DNA from: a candidate division WWE3 bacterium
GTDB taxonomy: Bacteria; Patescibacteriota; WWE3; 2-01-FULL-39-13
Length of the DNA stretch: 42,482 nt
Assembly (NCBI GenBank): GCA_027002375.1
Contig: JALWZX010000060.1
Span: 1-42,482, forward strand
Reading direction: 5' to 3'
The position numbers and the translations under genes are program-made. Of the stretch, positions 9,657-18,532 are shown piece by piece (the first letter of the stretch is position 1; each line of letters begins with the position of its first letter). The notes beneath the pieces were generated by a model. It was not told the origin of the DNA and did no database searches. It saw only the letters and a program-made list of their open reading frames with translations.

Positions 9657-12600
9657 TGGTAAATTTAAACAGTTTGCGTGATTTAGATGCGTTAAAGATA
9701 TCACTTGCTTCATCTGAAGCAATCCTTTCATGGTCATATGGTGAGGTTTTGAAACCTGAAACAATAAACTACAGAACATTTAAGCCAGAAAGAGATGGTT
9801 TGTTTTGTGAAAGAATCTTTGGTCCTGTCAAAGATTATGAATGTGCTTGCGGTAAGTACAAAAGAGTCAGATTTAAGGGTGTTGTTTGTGATAGGTGTGG
9901 CGTGCAAGTAACGTCTTCAAAAGTAAGAAGAGAAAGAATGGGGCATATAAAGCTTGTTTCACCTGTTGTTCATGTTTGGTATTTTAAAAATATACCTTCA
10001 GTATTAGCAACTTTATTGGGAATTCCACCAAGAAGTTTAGAACTGGTGATTTACTTTTCATCATTCATAGTTACAGATATTGATCACGATGCAAAAGAAA
10101 AAGTCTTAGAAAGATTTGATGATTTAGCTGCAGAAGCAAGGGAACAGGCTGGTTTAGAAATAGAGAACCAAATTAGTGAAATATACGAGAAACTTGATGA
10201 AAAAATAAAAAGCATAACTACTGAACCAGAATCTAAATGGAATGAAAAAACAAAAGCAAAAATAGAAGATTTAAGAAAGGCAGTAGAAGATCAAATTGGT
10301 GAACTTAGAAACAAACAACTTGTAGAACAAGAGAAAGGCGAGTTAGAAATTAGAAAACAAGAAAAAAAGATAAAAGAAGTAGAACTTCATACAATAATGA
10401 CTGATAGAGAATATGTATTATTAGAAGATTATTTAGATGAATTTTGTGAAGTATCAATAGGCGCTGAGGCTATAGAGAAAATATTAGAAACTCTAGATGT
10501 TGAAAAATTAGAAAAAGAATTAGAAGAATCTATTTTAACAGCAAAAGCTTCACAGATTGAAAAGCTTAAGAAAAGATTGAGAGTTGTTAAGAGTTTTAAG
10601 AACGGAAAAGTAGATCCCAAAAACATTGTTATTGACGTTTTACCAGTGATTCCACCAGATCTTAGACCTATGGTTCAACTTGAAGGTGGTAGATTTGCAG
10701 CATCAGATCTAAATGATCTATATAGAAGAATTATTAACAGAAACAACAGATTAAGAAGGTTGTTAGACCTTGGAGCTCCAAATATAATCGTCAGAAACGA
10801 AAAAAGAATGCTTCAAGAATCTGTTGATGCCTTAATTGATTCGTCAAAAGTTAGAAAATCTAGAACAAGAGAAAGAAAAGTATATAGATCAATAGCAGAT
10901 TCTATAAAAGGTAAGCAAGGTTATTTTAGAGCTAATTTATTGGGTAAAAGAGTTGATTATTCTGGACGATCTGTAATCGTTTCTGGACCATCACTTAAAA
11001 TGCATGAATGTGGTTTACCTGTAGATATGGCATTTGAATTATTTAGACCATTCTTACTAAGGGAAATCATGGCAAGGGGTTTAGCACCAAACATGAAAAC
11101 TGCTAAAAAAGTTTTAGAAGAACGATCAGGTGCAATATACGATATATTAGAAGAGTTAGTAAAAACAAGGCCAGTTTTACTAAATCGTGCACCTACACTT
11201 CACAAGTTAAGTATTCAAGCGTTTTATCCAAAATTGGTGCACAATAAAGCTATTCAGCTACATCCTGTAGTTTGTGCCGGATTTAACGCTGATTTCGATG
11301 GAGATCAAATGGCTGTTCACTTGCCTTTGTCAGAAGAAGCCGTTAAAGAGAGCATTGATCTAATGCTTTCTACCAATAACCTTTTAAAACCTGCAGATGG
11401 TGGTGTCATTACCGTGCCTTCAAAAGAAATGGTTTTGGGGATTTATTATTTAACAAGTATAAATCCACATTTTTATATGTACAAAGTTATTTTTGCAGAT
11501 GAAAAAGAGGTTATGCAGGCCTTGGGAAATAATGTCATTAAGTTAAGACAAAAAATTAAATATTTGAAAGGCGATGAAGTTATAGAGACTTCTGCTGGAA
11601 GAATAATATTTAACGATTTTGTACCAGAAGAGTTAAGATTTATTAACGATGAAATTGGTAAAAGTGGAGTTAAAGTTTTAGTACAGAAATCTCTAAAATT
11701 AGTTGGAGCAGAACGAACAATAGAATTTATCGATAACTTAAAGAAATATGGATTTATTTATTCTACTAAATCAGGTGTATCACTTTCTATTTTTGATACA
11801 CAAAAGCCAGCCGACATGGAAAAAGTTATAAAAGAAACAAAGAAAAAGGTAGCTGAAATTGAGCAAAATTATTACATGGGTTTGATTACTAGAGAAGAAA
11901 TGATAAAACTATCATTAAAAGTTTGGAAAGAAGTAGAAAATCATTTCGACGAGACAATTTTGAGTCACTTGGACCACGAGAATCCTGTAAATATTATTAT
12001 TAGAGCAAAAGCTGGTAAAGCTTCACCAGTTCAAATCAGGCAAATCGCCGCTCTAAAAGGGCTAATCGCTGATCCAAAAGGAAAAACAATAGAATTACCT
12101 GTTTTAGGAAATTATGCTAATGGGTTATCAAGTTTTGATTACTTCTTGTCAGCACGTGGTGTTAGAAAAAATTACATGGACAAGGGGCTAGGAACAGCTG
12201 ATGCAGGTTACTTAACTAGAAGACTTGTAAATGTCGCACAAGATATATTAACTAGAGAAGATGATTGTGGAACCAAAGCGTACAGAACTGTTAAAAAAGG
12301 TGATAATACACCAATTATGGAATGGAATGAAAGAATTATTGGTCGATATTTGGCCGATACATTAAAAGATTCAAAAGGTAAGATAATAGGTAAAAGAAAT
12401 GAATTAATTACTGAGGAGATGGCAAAGAAAATTGGTGAATCTGATATTGATGAGGTTCGAATTAGATCTGTATTAACCTGTGAAAGTGAATACGGAGTTT
12501 GTTCCAAATGTTATGGTACAGATTTGTCTAAGAACGAAGAAGTTAAAATTGGAACAGCAGTTGGTATAATGGCAGCACAATCCATAGGTGAACCGGGAAC

Positions 12601-13363
12601 ACAATTAACAATGAGAACGTTCCATAGTGGTGGTATTGCACAATCTGATATAACGCAGGGTTTACCAAGGGTAGATGAACTTTTCGAGGCAAGAAAACCT
12701 AAGAGTCAATCTATAATGTCACATATTGCAGGTAAAGTTGTTATAAATGAAGAAGAAGACAAATTGATAGTTAAGATAGTTCCAACCAGCAAAAAAGAGT
12801 TAGAAGAAGTTTACGAATTAGAGAAATCAGCAGATTTAGCTGTATCAGATGGTGATTTAATTGCACCTGGAAACCAAATTACAAATGGTGCAATGAACTT
12901 GCAGGAAATGTACGAAACAGTTGGAGAAGAAGCAACAAAAGAATATATCTTAAATGAAGTCCAAAAAACGTATGCATCACAAGGTGTTCAAATCGATGAT
13001 AAGCATGGCGAAACGATAATTAGACAGATGTTTAATAGAGTAAAAATCATCGATGCTGGTGACACTAAACTATTGCCCGGTGACATTGTTACGATATATA
13101 AACTAGAAGAAGAAAATAAGAAAGCGGTGAAAAATGGTAAAAGAGAAGCTACTTATGAGAAACTATTATTGGGAATTTCAAAGGTGTCTATAAACTCCGA
13201 AAGTTGGCTTGATGCCGCGTCTTTCGAAGAAACCAGCAGGGTGTTAACAGAAAGATCTATTGCAGGAAGTGTTGACAAACTTATAGGATTAAAAGAAAAT
13301 GTGATAATTGGTCGTCGTATCCCAGTTGGAGATGCAGCACGATTAAAAAAAGAGGAGGTATAA
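9656..13363 (+). CDS. rpoC: RNA polymerase beta' subunit
   Basis: Zn-finger CERIFGP..CACGK..CDRC, catalytic [23 protein letters not shown]. Confidence 0.99.
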   Translation: [1235 protein letters not shown]

Positions 13364-13366
13364 ATC

Positions 13367-13801
13367 ATGCCAACAATAAATCAATTAATAAGAAAAGGTA
13401 GAAAAAGAAAACCAAGAAAACCAAAGACAAGAGCGTTGTCTGTAATGTTCAACGCAAAAAAACGTGAATATGTTAAGGTGTATTCACCTTTTAAGAGAGG
13501 TGTTTGTACAAGTGTTAGAACAACCACACCTAGAAAGCCAAATTCTGCTTTGCGAAAAGTGGCTAGAGTTAGATTTTCAAACGGTCGTGAAGTAACAGCT
13601 TACATTCCTGGTGAGGGGCACAATCTACAAGAGCACTCTGTAGTTTTGGTAAGAGGTGGTAGAGTTAAAGATTTAGCTGGTGTAAGATATACAATTGTTA
13701 GAGGTACATATGATTTACAAGGTGTTGAAGGTAGAAAAAACAGTAGATCAAGATATGGTACTAAAAAGAGTTCATCAGCTGGTTCGGAAACTGCCGAGTA
13801 A
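13367..13801 (+). CDS. rpsL: 30S ribosomal protein S12
   Basis: [29 protein letters not shown]. Confidence 0.99.
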   Translation: MPTINQLIRKGRKRKPRKPKTRALSVMFNAKKREYVKVYSPFKRGVCTSVRTTTPRKPNSALRKVARVRFSNGREVTAYIPGEGHNLQEHSVVLVRGGRVKDLAGVRYTIVRGTYDLQGVEGRKNSRSRYGTKKSSSAGSETAE

Positions 13802-13913
13802 AACACCGACAGTTTACGCTGTTGGCGTTTTGCCTTTATCTCGCCAAGGCGAGTTCGGCTACGCCGAAATAACTTTATCTGATTGTTTACACAATCAGCA
13901 GTTATGAAAAGTA
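13797..13913 (+). repeat. 117-bp four-hairpin dispersed repeat, copy 1 (rpsL-rpsG spacer)
   Basis: Ungapped match to 15175-15291, 100/117 identical by hand count, last 37 bp identical. Confidence 0.9.
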
Positions 13914-13935
13914 ATACTTAATTTAAATAATAATT

Positions 13936-14403
13936 ATGCCAAGATCAAGAAAGGTACATAAAAGAATAAAAGAGCCTGATTCCAAATATAAATCAAGAGT
14001 AGTTACTAAACTCATAAACATGGTAATGGAAGATGGTAAAAAAAGTGTCGCACGTACAATAGTATATGAAATGATGTCTAACTTAAGCGACGATATAAAA
14101 GATGCGAGGGTGTTTTTTGAAACTGCTGTTAAAAACGTAATGCCAGAAGTAGAAGTGCGATCAAGAAGAATTGGTGGTGCAAACTATCAAATCCCAATTC
14201 CTGTTAGACATGATAGATCAGAAACTTTAGCTTTAAGGTGGATAATCGAAGGAGCTAAATCTAGAAAAGGAAAACCGATGGTAGAAAGATTAACTGAAGA
14301 AGTTAAAATGGCCTACAACAAAGAGGGGTATGCTATGACCAAGAAGGTAAACACACATAAGATGGCTGATGCGAATAAAGCCTTCGCGCACTTCCGTTGG
14401 TAA
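13936..14403 (+). CDS. rpsG: 30S ribosomal protein S7
   Basis: MPR, GKKSVA, EVRSRRIGGANYQIP, HKMADANKAFAHFRW. Confidence 0.99.
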   Translation: MPRSRKVHKRIKEPDSKYKSRVVTKLINMVMEDGKKSVARTIVYEMMSNLSDDIKDARVFFETAVKNVMPEVEVRSRRIGGANYQIPIPVRHDRSETLALRWIIEGAKSRKGKPMVERLTEEVKMAYNKEGYAMTKKVNTHKMADANKAFAHFRW

Positions 14404-14456
14404 TACTTCATATATTTGTTTATTATTTGTTAACCCATTTTGCATAATATGTAGGT

Positions 14457-15158
14457 ATGGGAAAACAAAATGAAAGTAATAGAATCCAAAGTCTACCAGA
14501 ATCTGAAAGGCCTCGTGAAAGGTTAATAAACAAAGGTGCTAAATCATTATCAATTGTTGAATTGTTTGAAATAATAATCTCAAAGGGTAATAGCAAAAGA
14601 TCTGTTGTAAACATCACACACGATATACTTTCAGAATATTCAGATTTAAATGAATTGAAAAATGTTGCAGTAAAAGATTTAACTAAAATAAAGGGAATCG
14701 GGATAGCTAAGGCTTGCCAGATAGTTGCAATGTTCGAGCTAACTACTCGCCTTAACCTAATAGAAGAATCATTAGGTACATATATTGATTACAAAGCAGA
14801 AGATTTATTCAAGCTATTAAATTCATACTATTCAGATAAATCAAAAGAGCATCTAATTGTTATTTCACTCGATTCGCGAAAAAGAGTAAGTTCAATAGAT
14901 GTAGTTTCGGTAGGAACAATAAATGAAACAATCGCACACCCAAGAGAGGTTTTTAAAACCGCAATTGATAATTTGGCTTCCTACATAGTTATTGCACATA
15001 ATCACCCATCTGGTGATGTTCAACCATCATCAGAAGACCTAAGATTAACTAGAAGATTATTAGACGCATCTTATACAATAGGAATTCCAATTATTGATCA
15101 CTTAATTGTTAGTGAAGAAGGTTACATGTCTATGAAAGATCAGAATTTATTAAATTAG
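14457..15158 (+). CDS. radC: RadC-family JAB-domain protein
   Basis: ERPRERL..GA.SLS..EL, HhH KGIG.AKA, HPREVF, HNHPSG..PS.ED, DHLIV. Confidence 0.95.
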   Translation: MGKQNESNRIQSLPESERPRERLINKGAKSLSIVELFEIIISKGNSKRSVVNITHDILSEYSDLNELKNVAVKDLTKIKGIGIAKACQIVAMFELTTRLNLIEESLGTYIDYKAEDLFKLLNSYYSDKSKEHLIVISLDSRKRVSSIDVVSVGTINETIAHPREVFKTAIDNLASYIVIAHNHPSGDVQPSSEDLRLTRRLLDASYTIGIPIIDHLIVSEEGYMSMKDQNLLN

Positions 15159-15174
15159 AGTATATGTTGAGATT

Positions 15175-15291
15175 AGTAAAACATCGGCATTTTACGCAGT
15201 TGGTATTTTGCATTTATTTCCCTAAAGTGAGTTCGGTTACGCTGAAACAATTTCATCTGATTGTTTACACAATCAGCAGTTATGAAAAGTA
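15175..15291 (+). repeat. 117-bp four-hairpin dispersed repeat, copy 2
   Basis: Match to 13797-13913. Confidence 0.9.
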
Positions 15292-15349
15292 GAAAAATTT
15301 CCTAATTAATCCAGTATCGAATTCCACATAAATATATTATAATGCTAAT

Positions 15350-16492
15350 ATGCAAAAACAATATAACGTAGAAGATTTACAAATCGACCAAAAATTAATT
15401 AAAGAGCCATTTGCCTTGCTTGAATTTGAAAAAAAACTAAGTAAGCAAATGAAGCCTTACTATAATATAGAATTGGGCGATAAAACTGGTAAGATACGAG
15501 CGAAGGCATGGACTGAATCAATCCCAAATTTAGATACTAACGCAGAAGTTGGAAATATTGTAGCCATAACTGGAAAGGTTCAATCATATGCTGATAAACC
15601 CCAAATAATTGTTGAAAGGCTTGAAGTTGTTGATGACATTGCGCCAGAAGAATTTTTAGTAGTAACTGAAAGAGATAGAAGCCAAATGGCTGATGATTTA
15701 AAAGCTGAGATAGATAAGACGCAAAATCAATATTTAAAACAGTTACTTGATCTTTTTTGGAATAACGATGACTACAGAGACAAATTTATAAACTTTCCAG
15801 CCGGTGAATATGTACATCATGGTTATGTCGGTGGTTTAATAGAGCATGTTTGGGAAATGAACGAATTAAGTAAACCATATTTGAAAATGTACAAGAATTT
15901 AGATCGTGATCTTTTATTTACCGGAATATTTTTTCATGATATTGGTAAATTAGAAGAATTAGACATTGTTGGGGCAACCATTATAAGAACTGTTTCTGGT
16001 AGGTTGATAACACATATACCTCAGGGTTTACTGTTTGTTGATCATTTGATACAACAAATCCCTGATTTCCCAGAAATGTTAAAAGATAAGGTGTTTCATA
16101 TGATATTAAGTCATCAAGGTAAATTAGAATTTGGAAGTCCAGTAGTACCTCAATTACTAGAAGCTTTAGTGTTAAGCCAAATAGACGATGCTGGTGCTAG
16201 TATGAACCAAGCTGTTAAACATATAGAGAAAGAATATCAAACCGGTAATGAATTTACAGATTATCATAAATGGTTAAAGAGAAGCTTTTATCAAAAAGAT
16301 TATTATTCGGATCCAAATAAGACAGACGAATCTATTGATGGTTCCTCTAGTACAGCTATTACTAGTGACGAAAAAAGATTTGATCGGGCAATAAGATCAC
16401 ATGCTACCAATAATTCCGATATCGTTAGAAATACTGATTCTGCTGAAGAATCTGAATCCATGAAAAAAGATAAGCAAAATTCGTTATTTTGA
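15350..16492 (+). CDS. yhaM: OB-fold + HD-domain 3'-5' exoribonuclease (YhaM/Cbf1 family)
   Basis: N-terminal OB fold (LGDKTGKI), HHGYVGGLIEH, HDIGK, HMILSHQG.LEFGSP. Confidence 0.88.
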   Translation: MQKQYNVEDLQIDQKLIKEPFALLEFEKKLSKQMKPYYNIELGDKTGKIRAKAWTESIPNLDTNAEVGNIVAITGKVQSYADKPQIIVERLEVVDDIAPEEFLVVTERDRSQMADDLKAEIDKTQNQYLKQLLDLFWNNDDYRDKFINFPAGEYVHHGYVGGLIEHVWEMNELSKPYLKMYKNLDRDLLFTGIFFHDIGKLEELDIVGATIIRTVSGRLITHIPQGLLFVDHLIQQIPDFPEMLKDKVFHMILSHQGKLEFGSPVVPQLLEALVLSQIDDAGASMNQAVKHIEKEYQTGNEFTDYHKWLKRSFYQKDYYSDPNKTDESIDGSSSTAITSDEKRFDRAIRSHATNNSDIVRNTDSAEESESMKKDKQNSLF

Positions 16493-16495
16493 TTT

Positions 16496-18055
16496 TTATA
16501 TTTCAATCTTTACTTTATGCTTTTTATCTGTTCTGACTTTCTCAGTATAATGTGTAACTTTCGGTAAATACCCAAACATCATCATTGTTTCTGCATATAG
16601 CCATGGTACTAGTCCATATGTAAGCATGTTTATCATTGCAAATGGTGCTTCGAGAAGTGCTGTGTATTTTCTCCATTTAGGAAATGTTGATGGCACAGGG
16701 TATAATTTATGCCTAACATATGTTAATGGTATAAACATGAATATACCAGCGGTTAAGAATATACTAATAATTTTGGGTAAGCCATATGTTGTCGCTTGCA
16801 TTCTAAAGCTCCTGTTTACAAATGTCAGAATAGTAAATCCAAATGTAATTAGAAATACAGAGGTGCGTACTAGTAGGTGCCTTTCTATTTTTAAATATAG
16901 CCAAACTAATTTTTGGTCGAGTGTCAAATTTTCTAGCTTACGTGTAAAGAACATTTTAAAAGCTATTGCTGTTGACACACTTCCCCATCCCCATCGTACT
17001 AGTTGCTTAAATAAATTTCTATGTGCTATTACATAATTTTCACCGCCTGTAGCGTCACTGTAAATTGGTAGGTGAAAATATCGTGCAGAAAAATCCCCTT
17101 TTCTTGCCTCAAATGCGCGCCAATAAAATAGTGTGTCATCAATAAATTTGACATCCCAATAATTTGCCGAGATTAATGTATCTAAAGATGTGGAATAACA
17201 GGCAAACGTTTCTGATAACCTTGATTGTGTAGTCCAACTAGATAGTAAACCCAATGTTAAGTTTGTAGCTTCTATTCTAGCAAGTAGCGGAACTTCCCAA
17301 ATATTATTGGTAAATAAATGAACTGCCGTTTCATAAAACCTATTGTATCGCTTTTCATCTATTAAATAGTTATAAGTGACTGCAGCTAAAAAATGATGGT
17401 GTAATACAGCATCTGAGTCAAATGTTGTGAAAATGCAGTTATTTACTTTTAAGCCTTCCTTACGTAACTGTTCTATTGCATGTTTCGCCGCCCATGTTCT
17501 ATTAGGTGATGCTACCCCTACGATTTCGTCGGGCAAACCTTTCGGATGAATAAATTGCATTATTCTAGGTAATTTATTGCCATATTTTTTCTTAATTTTG
17601 TTTATGGCATCGGTTACCCTTTCTTTTCCAGCTTCTTCGGTTCCAACAACAATAATAATTTTATCCTTACCAATTGACTGCCTCATAATACCCTTAAACG
17701 TTGGCTCAAGTACTTCGAATGGTTCTTTATATGTGGGAATTAAAAGTATATGTTTCAATTCCTCATAACTATCAGGTAATGTCTTTTTATTTGGAAGTTC
17801 GGCAAAATCTAGATTTTCTACCTTTTTTAACCAATCCGTCTGTAGAGCTTTTTCGTATTTTTTATAGCCTAAAAGTAAACCTTTTGCATGAGTTATCGCC
17901 ATATAAAGCCAATATATTGCTATAAATGTTAAAACGAATGTTGCGCCTTTGGGGTAAATTATGCCAAGCCATATAGGCATAAATATCATTAACCACGATA
18001 GAAAGCCGGGTATAAACATAAATAATCTATCTGTTTTTTTCTTTGGATTTATCAT
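16496..18055 (-). CDS. Membrane GT2 glycosyltransferase (processive, cellulose-synthase-like motifs)
   Basis: IPTYKE, FDSD, DDT, QLVRWGWG (QxxRW); N- and C-terminal TM helices; start set at ATG 18055 (ORF track uses 18079). Confidence 0.85.
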   Translation of the reverse strand: MINPKKKTDRLFMFIPGFLSWLMIFMPIWLGIIYPKGATFVLTFIAIYWLYMAITHAKGLLLGYKKYEKALQTDWLKKVENLDFAELPNKKTLPDSYEELKHILLIPTYKEPFEVLEPTFKGIMRQSIGKDKIIIVVGTEEAGKERVTDAINKIKKKYGNKLPRIMQFIHPKGLPDEIVGVASPNRTWAAKHAIEQLRKEGLKVNNCIFTTFDSDAVLHHHFLAAVTYNYLIDEKRYNRFYETAVHLFTNNIWEVPLLARIEATNLTLGLLSSWTTQSRLSETFACYSTSLDTLISANYWDVKFIDDTLFYWRAFEARKGDFSARYFHLPIYSDATGGENYVIAHRNLFKQLVRWGWGSVSTAIAFKMFFTRKLENLTLDQKLVWLYLKIERHLLVRTSVFLITFGFTILTFVNRSFRMQATTYGLPKIISIFLTAGIFMFIPLTYVRHKLYPVPSTFPKWRKYTALLEAPFAMINMLTYGLVPWLYAETMMMFGYLPKVTHYTEKVRTDKKHKVKIEI

Positions 18056-18080
18056 TATTAATATAGCTGTAATATACAAT

Positions 18081-18166
18081 TAATGCTCACTGCGTTCGCA
18101 TTATCATTTGTTATTCACTTCGTTCATAACATCCTGTAATGCTCACTGCGTTCGCATTATCATTTG
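18081..18166. repeat. REP-like cluster of three hairpins sharing loop TCACT(G/T)CGTTC
   Basis: 30-bp taatgctcactgcgttcgcattatcatttg at 18081 and 18137; the middle unit tgttat-tcacttcgttc-ataaca has the same loop and a different stem. Confidence 0.85.
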
Positions 18167-18215
18167 GGCTGGTTTCTCGCATGTATCGCATTTTAGTATA
18201 CCACAGATATTTAGA

Positions 18216-18244
18216 TTGACATTAAGTTATTGCCCTTTTATTTT
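18216..18244 (+). promoter_or_regulatory. Putative sigma70 promoter of fusA-tuf
   Basis: TTGACA (18216-18221), 17 nt, TATTTT (18239-18244); a divergent TG-n-TATACT on the minus strand at 18195-18203 could drive the GT2 gene. Confidence 0.6.
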
Positions 18245-18248
18245 ATTC

Positions 18249-18521
18249 ATGCAATAATTACATGCGCTAAGTTTTTAGCAGGCTAAAGTCTTGTATTATA
18301 ATAAAAATTTAGTGCTTAAACGTAATGTTTCATTATTAATAATGATAACGACAAGGCACGACAGTATGGTCGTGAATGTGAGTTGTAAATCTCGCTATCT
18401 AGAGATTTTGCAGTTACCATTTGTATCGTGCAATTAGTACGAATTTATGGTTTCTGATATTAACACATAACTTATAATAGTTAGCATTTTGTAATACGCA
18501 AGTTGTATTATACTTATGCAT
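18249..18521 (+). ncRNA. Candidate large structured RNA / 5' leader of fusA
   Basis: At least 8 helices with G-U pairs in the + sense and a closing stem atgcaataa/ttatgcat; lies between the promoter and the fusA ATG. Confidence 0.55.
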
Positions 18522-18532
18522 AAAAATAGTAT

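Noticed and set aside
6438-13363. Inteins or introns in rpoB/rpoC
   Set aside because: Both ORFs are continuous and compact; the ~100-aa charged segment in the RpoC N-terminal region looks like a lineage-specific coiled-coil insert with no intein motifs
13695-13907. 70-aa ORF overlapping rpsL
   Set aside because: Alternative frame running through rpsL and the hairpin repeat; no recognisable protein features
14457-16492. radC + HD nuclease as an anti-phage (CBASS-like or Cas3-like) system
   Set aside because: Both match housekeeping families (full-length RadC with HhH; OB+HD YhaM), and no cyclase, E1/E2, helicase or effector genes are adjacent
18081-18166. Mini CRISPR array (two 30-bp repeats, 26-bp spacer)
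   Set aside because: Only two repeats, the spacer is itself a variant of the same hairpin motif, and there are no cas genes in the window
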